Shown: positions 1-12,007 of the stretch, in pieces
Layout: each line of letters starts with the position of its first letter
Numbering within the stretch: position 1 is the stretch's first letter
NCBI RefSeq assembly: GCF_048593235.1
Contig: NC_133618.1
Location: 29,112,478 to 29,176,477, forward strand
Reading direction: 5' to 3'
Length of the DNA: 64,000 nucleotides
Source: Sminthopsis crassicaudata
Lineage: Eukaryota
The notes under the pieces: model-generated
Told to the model about the DNA's origin: nothing
Database searches by the model: none
The model's input: the letters and a program-made list of their open reading frames with translations, nothing else
Made by a program: the position numbers and the translations under genes

Positions 1-261
1 CAAAATCTGATAACCTTCTAGAAGCATTTATGATCATTTGATACAACTTGCTAGCTACCAAATCCAGTAATAACAAGACATAAATATGATTTAAAATTTT
101 CAACCCTAAAAAAGGTCACTGAGTCATGTATACCACTTTATATTATTTCTGATCATGATTCTCCTCACTTCTGGACCAAGCGCTATCATTCATCCTCTCC
201 AGATACTTGCTTATGTCTCTCAAGAATCCTCTTTTTTTGTTCCTATTTAAGGGTGAAATTA

Positions 262-1190
262 TATTTTTTATTAAAGATTTTTATTTTTAAAACATGTGCA
301 TGGATAATTTTCAACATTCACCCTTGCAAAACCTTGTGTTCCAAATTTTTTCTCCCTTCCTTCTCCCCATCCCCTTCCCTACACAGCAAGTCATCTAATA
401 TATGTTAAACATGCAATTCTTCTATACATATTTCTACAATTATTATACTGTACCAGAAAAATCAGATCAAAAAGAAAAAAATGAGAAAGAAAACAAAATG
501 CAAGCAAACAACAACAAAAAGAGTGAGAATGTTATGTTGTGGTCCATATTCAGTTCTCACGGTTCTCTCTCTGGCTGCAGATGGCTCTCTCATCACAAGA
601 TCATTGGAACTGGTCCAATCATCTTGTTGTTGAAAAGAGCCACATGCATCAGAACTGCTCATGGTATAAACTTGCTGTTCCCATTTACAGTAATCTCCTG
701 GTTCTGCTCCTTTTACTTAGCATGAGGTCTTGTAAGTCTCTACAGGCCTTTCTGAAATCCTCCTGCTGGTCATTTCTTACAGAACGATAATATTCCATAA
801 CCATATACCACAATTTACCCAACCATTCTCCAATTGATGGGCATCCCCAGAGTTTCCAGTTTATTGCCACTACAGAAAGTGCTGCCACAAACATTTTTGT
901 ACATATGGGTCCCCTTCCCTCCTTTAAGATCTCTTTGGGATACAGGCCCAGTAGTAACACTGCCGGATCAAAGGGGATGCACAGTTTGATAGCCCTTTGA
1001 GCATAGTTCCAAATTGCTCTCAGAATGGTTGGGTCCATTCGCAACTGCACCAACAATGTATCAGTGTCCCAATCTTCCCACATCTCCTCCAATATTCATC
1101 ATTATCTTTTCCTGTCATCTTAGCTATTCTAAGAGATGTATAGTGGTATTTCAGAGTTGTCTTAATTTGCATTTCTCTCCAAAGCACCTT
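262..1190 (-). mobile_element. L1 3' fragment (ORF2 C-terminus and 3' UTR)
   Basis: ORF 685..1092 reads WNYAQRAIKLCIPFDPAVLLLGLYPKE...KMFVAAL...CPSIGEWLGKLWYM (L1 ORF2 end); T-rich tail near 265. Confidence 0.9.
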
Positions 1191-1724
1191 TTCATAAATA
1201 ATAAATATAAATAATAAAAAACAAAATCTTTAGCTCTGAAAAAGGTCAATGAGTAATGTTTACTTCTTCACAATATTTCTGATCATGGCTTCTCCTCACC
1301 CCTGAATCAAAGCCCTATCATTCATCTTCCCCAGATACTTGCTTGTGTCTCTCAAGAATCCTCATCTTCTTTACTCCTATATAAGGGTGAAAGCTCTCTA
1401 AGGGAGGAGTTCTTTCTCTTCTTTTAAACTCTCTCTAGCCATGATAAGATTCTTTCTCTTTTCACAATTGCTTCTAAGAATGTCAGATTGTTAATGTCTA
1501 ATATTCCAAAATTAACTAAAAATATATTAACAGTCTCTATACTCTGCAAGACAGTTTTAGAAATTGTGTTACCCTGGAAAAGTGAACACTAGTGAGCAAG
1601 GAAGAAAAGAGAGGTCATAGGTTGTAAATGGCAGGAAGACACATAGCTACTGCAAAGAGAAAGTGAATTGGTGCCCAAAGGGAGGGAGATCTATCCCTAA
1701 ATGTGCAGTAATATTACAAAGAGA

Positions 1725-1935
1725 GTTAGTCAGCATGGAAGAAAGCGTTGCCTCCAGAGTGAGGAACATTTGAGTTCCAATTCTGCTTCAGACCTGAATT
1801 TGCTGGGGATGTCATTTAACTTTTCTCATCCTTAGGAAAAGTAGGACGATAATATCACCTCCTTCAGAGAATTGTTGCGACACTTAAGGAGATGGTTGTA
1901 AAGTGTTTCCCAAACCTGACATCTCTATATAAATT
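1725..1935 (+). mobile_element. Degenerate MIR-family SINE
   Basis: tRNA-like head (gcatggaagaaagcgttgcctccagagtgaggaacatttgagttccaattctg) and MIR-like tail (gagaattgttgcg...tgtaaagtgtttcc...ctctatataaat). Confidence 0.55.
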
Positions 1936-3284
1936 CTGGATTAGGCTAAACTCCTTCCTGTGATAAAAGGGAAGGCCCACCTGCTGTGCTTGGAATCTGG
2001 ACACGGGGAGTTGAAGAGACATGAATTTCGAGATGAAATGGGGAAGATTATGTTATGGGGACATGTAGTCATTGAGAGGAAAAAATCAACTCCATCCCTT
2101 CATTATGAGGTCTTTTACATGTATATCTACTCCTGCTCCTGTCTCAGAGGCTGCTTGCCCTTTGGTTATCTAAGGAATAAGGTCTGGGAGATGGGGAGAG
2201 GTCTCATAACTGTACCTCCTGTGGGACTAGCTGAATAAAATGTCTCTGAAGGATCGTTCATTTCTTGTACCCAGTAGCATGTGAGTCCTTCCTTTTGGCC
2301 TCTCTGTGAATCTCTAGAATTGTCTGGGACACAGGCAATACTGAATGAATTCTTTTGTCTGATTGGTTAGCTGATGAGTGATTAATCTAATTCTCTGATG
2401 ACTATTGTTCTCAACAATCTGGATGTTGCTGCTCTGTTGATTCTTATCCAGAGGTGATATATCTCTACCGGAAGAATAAAGGAGAACCTCATATTTTTAG
2501 GGACAGAAACAATCATAGACAGGACTTTTGCTACAAGGAGAGGCTCCCCAGCATGAAACGGGGGACCAGGAGAATGAACATATTTCAAGAGCATGAGAGT
2601 CACTGCAAGATTAAGTCCAGGTGGGACCTTAGTATATCAGGGGGACAAACTCGACGTGGAACTTGACCGATGTACGTAGTACTTCTGCCTCTACAATCAT
2701 CTTTTCCATGGGCTTCCTGTACTCTGATATGCAGAGATCTGTAAGAAGACCATGAACCTTCCGATTGTGAAGACCTTCAGATACCACAGGAGGGGAAAAG
2801 CTTGCAAAGCTAAGAAAAAAGATGCCATGAAGTGAAACTCATGACTCCTCGGGGGCCAAACAGGCCAGGGGCTTCCAAATTCAAAGAACAGACATGGGGG
2901 CCGGAATTCAACATTTCTTAGCAATGGCAGGTAAAACAGAAAGGAGATCTCAGGATCAACAGGGGTTAGAAGACCAAAAAAGTTTATTTTAGAAATAATG
3001 ATGGATCTCGCCAGCTCTTGGGATAATCTAATCTGAAATGAAATGGGGATATGGGCCCGATCTCTCTCCAGCACTTCACTGCCAAAAAGGATTCTCATTT
3101 TCTGTGTGAAATCCAAAGATCTGTGCTGTTGAGAGGGTCTCTGACCCCAATTTTTGTCATCTTTAAAATTGGGGTTGTTTCCACAGAGGTGATATAAGGG
3201 AAGCTCTTTATAAACCATAAAGCAACATCATTTTTAAAAACCAATAGCTCACCACAATAATTCAGAGAATCAGGTCAGAAAAAG

Positions 3285-3290
3285 TTTATT
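3285..3290 (-). terminator. Polyadenylation signal AATAAA, copy 1
   Basis: AATAAA about 550 nt after the stop. Homologous positions: 11455-11460, 30610-30615, 39515-39520, 48443-48448, 57586-57591; mutated to AAGAAA at 20415-20420. Confidence 0.65.
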
Positions 3291-3839
3291 AAAAGACAAA
3301 TAAACACACTGATGGAGTTTACGACACAACTAACCATAAAGACAACACCTGAAGGAGTTCCTAAGGAATAACACCATGGGAAGGAGACCACATAGAGAAT
3401 GGCTGTCCTCCGTCTTGCCAAAATAGAGGTAAAAGTAGGATTTCATAATTAAGGTTCAGGTTTGTTTTTCAGTTTCAAGTAATCAGTTTTTTTTCAATGA
3501 TCTCCTTGACTCCCTGCTTAAAAATTCTCATTTTAAAACTTGTCAAAATGCTTGAACTTCATCCCTTTTACATTTTAAAAGTAGTCTGACCATTTATGTT
3601 TATGTTACCTATCATTTGGAATAATTGTGGTCAATAAAATAAAAGTCCCCTGAGCAATATAGCATTGAGTGAGGTGCTTGGAGAGAGCTGGTGGATAACA
3701 AAGGGGGTGTGAATGGCTGCTATGAGGAAGTCAGATGGGAAGATGTTCTGGGATGGCAGAGAGATGATGGCCTTGGCCATCCTTGGCTGAGCCTGGCTCC
3801 AAGACAACAATTCCAACCTTTTCTCCTGTCTTGTCCCCT

Positions 3840-5917
3840 TTAAGCTTTGAACTTGCAGAGGTAGAGGTGCTTCTTCTGACAAGATGCATCTTTCCACTTC
3901 TGGAATCCTGCAGAGAGATGGTCTGGATTCAGTTGAGGGACAAGGTAGGACCGAGGGGCCTAGTCTGAGGACCGTGGCTTCCTGGCCACAGAGTCTCCGC
4001 TCATTCAAGATTGTCCTTGAGTCCCAAGAAGAACAGAGAATGAAGATGGGAAAAGGAGGGAAGTAGAGAACCAAGAAGGAGGGAAGCAGAAGAAAAGGAA
4101 GAAGGGGAAAGAGGTCAAGTGAAAGAAAAGTAAGATGGAAGAACACAAGGAGAAGAGGATGCAGAGGGGGAGGGTTGGAGCTCACCAGACTCAGGAGTCA
4201 GGCTCACACAGTGGTTAGGATCGGTCTTTGCTGGGAAACCCGTCTCCCAGGCCTGGTAGAGGTAAAGGGCGTTGCTGCTCCATTTCCACCTGCGATTCTG
4301 GGTGAGAGGGTTGGGAAGGAATATTAGGGAAGAGGGAGACCTCCCACATCTACCTATTTTATATAATAACTCCTTATAATAACAGACCAACTGCACCAAA
4401 CCAGGCTCATTCTGTTCCCTAAGTCTTCCATGGTGCTGTGACCCGGCTGCTGCTTCTGCCATTGGGCAGCTCCAGCCTGTTCTGCCCCATCACGTTCTCT
4501 CTGGAGACCCAGGCAGCGCCACCCTCCCTCCCTCTGCCAGAAACCCTCCCCTGTCTCCTGCCAGTCCCTCTTCTGCCTGGCTCTGGCCCCAGGCCCTGCC
4601 CTGAGCTCCCTGAGCCTCTTGGGGAGTCTGAGGCTGGGTCTCTTGGACTGTTCCTCAAATGCAAGATTTCCTTCTTGGGACCCTGGTCTCCATTAAGTGC
4701 AGGGCCTGGGAAGGCCTCTGGGGGATGATGAGAATTCACAGATCACACAGGACTCGCTCATTGCAAAGAATGGGCAGAGACATGGAAGTGAAACTGTGGG
4801 TTGGTGAGTCCCCAGGAGCCCTGGGAGAGATGCAATCCCCCTCTCACCCCAGAGACCCCACAGACCCTTCTCCCTGCCCCCACCTGCTGCCCCCTGGATT
4901 TCTCCTATTCTTCCTCATGCTTCTGCACTTTTAGGGTCTCGGACCCTCAGAACTCATAGGATCCTCCCCCCCCCATATCACTGTTCCCCTTCTTTCCAGG
5001 ACTCAGACAGGGACAGGACCTCGGTCATACCTTGTTGGGGTCGTGCAGCCCGATCCAGACTGGGCTCTGACCCACCCCGTTCTCCATGATCATGGTGGCC
5101 ACAAAGGCGGCTTCAGCCTCGTTGAGCAGGGAGCCCAGGTGGCCCGAGGGGTAGCTCTGGCACAGCAGCTGTGGAGGGCAGGGAGCAGGTAAATGTGTGG
5201 GGGAGGGAGCAAAGGAGGCAGGAGAAGGCTCCTGGGAGCCTCAGGGGACAGGGTGGTCAATAGAGGAGGAGAAAAGGCTAGAGGGACCATGGTGAGATGT
5301 AACATGGGATACAAGGATTGATATTGTGGGAAATGGGGGGTCCATGAAACACAAGAAAGGGTAATCAAAGCTCTGAAGTCACCTGAGAAGGGAAAGTCTG
5401 GGTGACAGGTGAGGGTTTAGGGACTCATGGTGGCCACACTGATGATCCCAAGGGACATTGGGAAAGGGAGACAGACCCTGCCCCCTCCCAGGGCCCTCTC
5501 CAGAACCCACCTCAGCAGTGTTCCAGGTCTCCTGGGGACCCAATACTCCATAGCAGTGGGAGCCATGGAAGCCAAAGCCCTGGGGGCAGGAGCTCCTGGC
5601 AGAGGGGGGTGCAGGGGCCTCCTGCTTGCCTGGGGAGGGAGGAGAGCAGTTTCAGGGGAGCACAGCTGAGGTTCCTGCTCCCTGCAATCAGTCCTTGAAC
5701 CCTAAAAGCTCCCAACCCCTTCTTCTCTGCCTCACTGTGCACCCTCCTTCCATCCAACCCCTTCCCTTTCCCTCTTACTGTGTCCAAGCCCCTGTTCTGG
5801 GCCCAGGTGGGCAGTCAGAGGGAGGCTGAGGGACCCACCTTGTGTCAGGCAGGGGAGCAGCAGGCAGGCGAGGAGCAGCCCTGAGATGCTGGGGGACATT
5901 GTGGCAGACAGAGTCAT
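3840..5917 (-). CDS. REG1/REG3-like: REG-family C-type lectin, copy 1 (spliced, 171 aa, intact)
   Basis: Coding exons 5917-5839, 5629-5511, 5168-5031, 4297-4186, 3907-3840, all GT-AG and in phase. Translation: MTLSATMSPSISGLLLACLLLPCLTQGKQEAPAPPSARSSCPQGFGFHGSHCYGVLGPQETWNTAELLCQSYPSGHLGSLLNEAEAAFVATMIMENGVGQSPVWIGLHDPNKNRRWKWSSNALYLYQAWETGFPAKTDPNHCVSLTPESGFQKWKDASCQKKHLYLCKFKA*. Signal peptide, six CTLD cysteines, WIGLHDP motif, and exon layout of REG genes. Confidence 0.95.
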
Positions 5918-6301
5918 CTCTGATTCTGGGAAGGAGAAAAGACCCAAGGACCCTGAGAAGGGACAAGGATAATGGCCAAGACCTCGGAAGCCCCAGGCTG
6001 CTGCTGTTCCCCTGGTCTCTGGGCCCAGGCTGGGACTGAGTTCCCTTCTCTCTCTCCTCCTTCTCCCCTTCCTGAGCCTTAGAATCTGCAGACTCACAGG
6101 GCAGGACAGAATCTGGGAGCCCTGGACAGAGGGGACTCTGGAGAAGATGTCCCCTTCAGGGTAGCTTAGGAAGGACCATCTCCTGGCCTTCCCCCCAAGG
6201 TAACGGCCTCCTAGAGTGGCTGCCGCCTCGCCCACCTGGGAAGGGACGGGCCTCTGGAGCTGCATGGACTTGATCTCCCAGCCCTTCTCTCCTTCACTTA
6301 C

Positions 6302-6702
6302 CTGGTGGAGGAAATCTTGTGTCTGAGTAGAGGAGGACAGAACCTTTATAGAGAGAGGGCCCATTATGGGGGCAAGGCCAAGGATGGAAGGAGGGCCCCA
6401 GCACAGGGGCTGGGGAGGGGCAGGGGCTTCCTGGAAGAGGGAGAGGTCTTCCACACACCCCAAACTGAGAGGAGCCATGACTGGTCAGTGCCCAAAGCTC
6501 GCCAGCTGCCTTGTTCCCACAGCCAGGGGAGATTTCTGGGAAGGTCGGTGATTGGGGGAAAAGGGAATACAAGGGAATGAGGGAACTTCCTGCTGGGAAA
6601 GGTGTAGTGCCAGAGACCTGGCCTTGGAGAAGGAGGGAATGCCAGTCAAGGGAGCCACGTTTTCCTGATAAAAACCCTCTGTCTTTCCATTAATTCCTGG
6701 AA
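6302..6702 (-). promoter_or_regulatory. Copy 1 promoter and non-coding exon 1
   Basis: TATAAA 6350-6345; exon 1 donor CAG|GTAAGT at 6302/6301; GAS motifs TTCCTGGAA 6428-6436 and 6694-6702, TTCTGGGAA 6534-6542; CAGCTG-N5-TTCCCAC 6503-6520; TGATAA 6666-6671. Confidence 0.8.
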
Positions 6703-7699
6703 TTCCCAGGACAAGAAAGGTTTCCAGGTCTTGGGAAGAGCTTCCCCACGATCCCCTGCACATCCTCCAGAGCTGATTCGGGCTTGCATTGACATAGTCA
6801 AGAAAGAATTAAGTTCCCTTCAGCTTCTATTAGAACAGCTTAAAGGGCAGAGGCAAGAATCAACAGGCTGGACAGAGTAGGGGCTTCCAAGATACACAAT
6901 AAGAAAATAGCATTAAATCTCCTGAACTCCGGTGTAGCCCCACAATATCCAGATACACATGATTACTCCTCATTCTGAACTCTCTCCCTTGTCTAAGAGT
7001 CTCAACAAGAGCTTTAAAATGTGCTCCCATCAGTGGGACTTGGGCAGTTGGCAACTGGTTCGATTCTCCTCATTCAAACGTCAGAACCCACTGGCTGACT
7101 CTTTGGGTTCCCATTGGGTGATTCAAAGTAGATGATCCAACAGAGGACACGGTCTAGTTTCAGCGCCGTTGTGTGTCTCACAATATATTTCCCAGAACAT
7201 CCCACAAAGACCATGCACAGAATGAGAGTGACCCTAATGGCACGGCCACATCACTTCTATTATTCTGGCCACTAGGTTTCCTAATCCAGGATGTTCCATT
7301 TGGCCTGGAATATTGTAATGTCCTATTGTGGGTCTGTCTGTCTCTACTCTCTCCCCATTCCTGTCTTTTCTCCCTTTGCCCACAAATATTTCCCCAAAGA
7401 CCAGATCTTTCCATGTCCCTTCCTTAAGAAACACTCACTCTATCCCACCATCTCCCAGGTCAAATACAAAATCCCATTAGAAGTTCCAAGGCCTCCTCAC
7501 CTTCATCCTCCTGCCTCCTGACATCTTATTTCACCTCACGTGGGTTTGGTCCAGAAATACTGTTCCCCTGTCTTATAAGAAGACACATCAGGCCATTTCC
7601 TCTGCTGTCTCTCAAGCCTAGAATGTTCTCCCTCCTTCCCTTCCCTTCTTTTAAGATCCAATAAACATCACATTTTCTGCTTTGCTCAACCCTTCTAAT

Positions 7700-9085
7700 C
7701 TTTTTTAAATGTTAATAGTATTTTATTTTTTGCAATTTTATGCAAAGATTCTTTTCAACATTCAATTTTGTTACATTTTGAGTTCCTATTTTTTTCTCCC
7801 ATTTTCTCTCGCCTCCCCCAGCCCCAAGACAAGAGCAATCTGATACAGGTTACATATGTATAACCATTTTTAATATATTTCCATGTGAATCATGTTTGGA
7901 AAGAAGAAAAATAAGCAAAAAAGGAAGATCTTGATCATGAAAATGAAAAAATAAAACCAAAAAAAAAAAAAAGAAAAAGATGAAAATGTTCCCTATTTCT
8001 TGTTTGGTCATAAATTCCCCCATTTCGCAAAGATCTGACATACAGACTTTCCCCTTCTCTCCTATTTTGCTTATAGTATCTTTATGTCTAAATCAGGCAC
8101 CCATTTTGACCTTATCTTGGTAGAGTGCGAGAATGGGTGTATCGATGCCTACTTTCTGACATACTATGTATTTCCAGTTTTCTCAAGAATTTTTGTGAAA
8201 TAGTGAGTTCTTATGGGAGAAACTGGAGTCTTTGTGTTTATCAAATAATAGATTACTTTAGTCATTGACTATTGTGTCTTGTGTCCCTGAGCTTCCATCT
8301 GCATTTAATCTCTATGTTCTTTTTGGAATGCAGATGGCATTTTTCATCCAAAGTTTATCGGAATTGTCTCGGGGATCATTGAAGTACCAAAAAAGAGCTA
8401 AATTTGTCAGAGCTGCTCATACCATCTTGCCATTACTGTTTACTGGTTTCTGTTCCCTTCACTCAGCACATAAATTTTTCCCGGCTTTTCTGACATCAGC
8501 CTGTTCATAATTTCCATTAGATTCATATAGTATAAGTTATTCGACCACTAATCAGTTGATGGGTATATGGATCCTAGGACATACAGTTTGATAGCCCTTC
8601 CAGCATAGATCCAAATTGTTCTCTAGAATGATTGGATCATTCAGTTCACAACTCCACTAACAATGTATTAGTACTCAGTTTCCTCACACCCCTCCTTTTA
8701 TCTTTCCTCTCTTATCTTTTCCTGTCATTTAACCATTCTGATAAGTGTGAAATGGTACCTTGTGTTGTTTTAATTTGTGTTTTCTCTAGTTAGTAGTTAT
8801 TTACAACATTTTTTCATGACTAGAAATGGCTTTAATTTCTTCATCTGAAAATTGTCTCTTCATATCCTTTGACCATATATCAGTTGGGGAATATCTTGTA
8901 CCATCATAAATTTGACCTATTTTTCTATATAATTTAGAAATGAGGCCCTTATCAGAAAGACTGCTTATAAATATTGCTTCTCAACTATCTGCTTCCCTTC
9001 TAATCTTGGCTGCATTGTTTTTGTTTATGTAAAATATTTTAATCTAATGTAATCAAAATTATGCACTTTGCATTTCATAATGTTG
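7700..9085 (-). mobile_element. Rearranged L1 fragments, spacer 1
   Basis: T-rich L1 tail at ~7700, L1 3' UTR and ORF2 pieces; a ~117-bp internal deletion near 8558 relative to the other spacers. Ends approximate. Confidence 0.7.
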
Positions 9086-9256
9086 AATTCAGAAATGAAA
9101 TAGGGGAGGTTTAGTTTGGGGGAGATTTTGAGAATCAATCATTGGAGAGAAAAAATCAGCTCTGTCCCTGCATTTTGAGAGTCTCTTCCTTGTATATCTG
9201 CTCCTGCTCCTTTCTCAGGTGCTGTTTGTCCTTGGATTACCTGAGGAATGAGGTCT

Positions 9257-11004
9257 TTCAGGAAAAGATGATGATAAATGTTGGAGGGGATATGGGAAAA
9301 CAAGGATTTGTTGGTGGAGTTGTGAACTGACACAATCATTCTGAAGAGAATTTAGAACTATTCCCAAAGAGCTATCACACTGTGCATGCCCATCATTCAG
9401 CAGTGTGTCTACCAGTCATGTGTCTCAAAGAAATCATAAAAAAGGGAAAAGGACCTATGTGTGCAAAAATGTTTGTAGCAGCCCTTTTTGTACTAGTGTG
9501 GAACTGGAAATTGAATGGATGCCCATCAGTTGAGGAATGGCTGAGTAAGTTATGGTATATGAATGTTATGGAATATTATTGTTGTATAAGAAATGACCAG
9601 GAGGAGGATGTCAGAGAGGCCTGATGAGATTTACACGAACTGATCCATAGTGAAGTGAGTAGAACCAAGAGACCATTGTACACAGCAACAGCAAGATTAT
9701 GTGGTGATCAACTCTGATGGATGTGGCTCTTTTCAACAGCGCGGTTATTCAGGCCAATTCCAATGGTCTTGTGATGGAGAGAGCCATCTGCACCCAGAGA
9801 GAGCACTGTAGAGACTGTGTGGATTGCAATGTAGTAATTTCATCTTTTTATGGTCATTTGTTGCTTTTTGTTTTCTTTCTCATTTTTCCTTTATTGATTT
9901 GATTTTTTTTTTTTGTTCAGACGACAAAAGTGGAAAAATGTATAGAATTGCACATGTTTAATACATATTGTATTTATTGCCATTTAGGGTGGATGTGGAT
10001 CAAGGGAGGGAGAAAAATTTGGAACACAAGGCATTGCAAGGGTGAATATTGAAAACTATCTTTACATATATTTTTAAAATAAAAAGATATTATTTTGAAA
10101 AAAAAAAAAAGAATGAGGTCTGAAATCATGTCTCCTATTAGACTAATTGTAGAAAACACCTTTGAAAGGAGCTTTCACAAAATCTAATCATTCTGGAGAG
10201 CAATCTGGAATTATGCCCAAAAGGTTATTAAAACGTCCATACCCTTTGACCCAGCCGTACTACTACTGGGCTTATATCCCAAAGAAATACTAAAAAAGGG
10301 AAAGGGACCAGTATGTGCCAAAATGTTTGTGGCAGCTCTTTTTATAGTGGCTAGAAACTGGAAAATGAATGGATGCTCATCAGTTGGAGAATGGTTGGGT
10401 AAATTATGGTATATGAATGTTATGGAATATTATTGTTCTGTAAGAAATGACCAACAGGAGGAATACAGAGAGGCCTAGAGAGACTTACATCAACTGATGC
10501 TGAGTGAAATGAGCAGAACCAGAAGATCATTATACACTTCAACAATGGTACTGTATGAGGATGTATTCTGATGGAAGTGGATATCTTCAACATAGAGAAG
10601 AGCTAATCCAATTCCAATTGATCAATGATGGACAGAATCAGCTATACCCAGAGAAGGAACACTGGGAAATAAGGGTAAACTGTGAGCAGTGTTTTTTTGT
10701 TTGTTTGTTTGTTTTGTTTCTCTTCCCAGATTATTTTTACCTTGAGAATACAATCCTTCCTTTGCAACAGCAACAACAACAAAATTCAGTTCTGCACATA
10801 TATATTGTACCTAGGATATACTATAAGATATTTAATATGTATGGGAATGCCTGCCATCTAGGGGAGGGGGTGGAGGGAAGGAGGGGAAAAACTCGGAACA
10901 GAAGGGAGTACAATGGATAATGTTATAAAAAAATTTACCTATGCATATGTACTGTCAAAGAAAATGTTATAATTACAAAAATTAATAAAAAAGAAAAAAA
11001 AAAA
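9257..11004 (+). mobile_element. Two adjacent 5'-truncated L1 insertions, spacer 1
   Basis: L1a 9257-10110 with TSD GAATGAGGTCT; L1b 10179-11004 with TSD GAAAGGAGCTTTCAC. Both carry the ORF2 C-terminus (KMFVAALF...WKxNGCPS.GEW), 3' UTR and A-tail. Confidence 0.9.
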
Positions 11005-12007
11005 GAAAGGAGCTTTCACCTTTTGTGTATGTTGAGCTATGCCCACTGACTCCCCCTTGAGAATGCAAGCCCTTTGCAGTTAAGAACCTACTTTCTTCCT
11101 TTCTTTTAATCCCTAATATTATTTGAGCCAGATGAAATGCTGAATAAATTTATTTGTTTTCTTGGTTAGCTGGTGAATGATTGGCTTAATTCTCTGAAGA
11201 TGTGTATTGGTCTCAACAACTCTGGAGTGGATTTTTACCCACAGGTAATAAAACTGTGTTCACAAAATTTGCCAAAAGGCTAAAAAAGGATCTTCCTATT
11301 TTCAGGGATAAGAAACTTAACTCTGAGCATCTCTAAAATTGAGGTTCTTTCCAGAATGTTACCATGAATGAAGTTTTTAAATACCATGAAGCATCATTGT
11401 ACATAAAAATCTGTGACTCATCAAAATAATTCAGTGATTCAGATGAAAAAGAAGTTTATTAAAAGACACAAAGTTATATGTGGAGTCTACAACAGAGCTA
11501 TCAATAAAGACAACAACATTTGGAAACAATATGAAGGAGAACACTCCCTCAGTCATACCTCTAAGGAGTGCACATAGAGAATTCCTGTCTTCTGTCTTCC
11601 CAAAATAGACGCAAAAGTAGCATTTTATCCATTGAGGGTTAGCTTAGTTTTTCAAGTTCAAGTAATCAGATTTTGTTCTTCAGTCACCTCCTTGACTCCA
11701 TGCTGCAGAATTTTCACCTTAGCAATGTTTGTCAAAAGAGTTAAACTTGAACTTTTCCATTTTTAAAAAATATTGTGACCATTTATGTTCAGGTTGCCTG
11801 TTAACTTAGGGCTCATTGTGGTTTGTAATATAAAAGTTCCCAAGGTACTGAGTGAGGTGCTTGGAGAAAGTTGGTGGATAACAAAGGGGATGTGAATGGT
11901 TGATGTGAGGAAGTCAGATGGGAAAAAAGATCTGGGAAGGCAGAGAGATTATGCTATGGCTATCATTAGCTGAGTCTGACTCTAAGACAACAGAATTCCA
12001 ATTCTTT

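Noticed and set aside
2697-3218. 173-aa ORF downstream of copy 1
   Set aside because: No recognisable domain, and the paralogous segments at 30000-30500 and 57000-57500 do not preserve the frame.
4358-4385. TATATAATAA near the exon 5 acceptor in every copy as an antisense promoter
   Set aside because: AT-rich intron sequence near the branch point, with no downstream exon structure or other support.
5031-5045. HDPNK (and TDPNH in copy 1) as an equivalent of the REG3 EPN motif
   Set aside because: HDP is the conserved WIGLHDP core and is not at the EPN position; TDPN is restricted to one copy. No evidence for canonical Ca2+/mannose binding.
4419-5698. Recurrent GC-rich ORFs in every unit (MNSHHPPEAF..., MQDFLLGTL..., MVATLMTP...)
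   Set aside because: They are intronic or antisense shadows of REG exons; they recur only because the unit is duplicated, and they frameshift between copies.
5732-6478. 248-aa minus-strand ORF
   Set aside because: It is intron 1 read-through plus REG exon 2 (MTLSATMSP...LTQG) running into intron 2; not conserved as an ORF in the paralogs.
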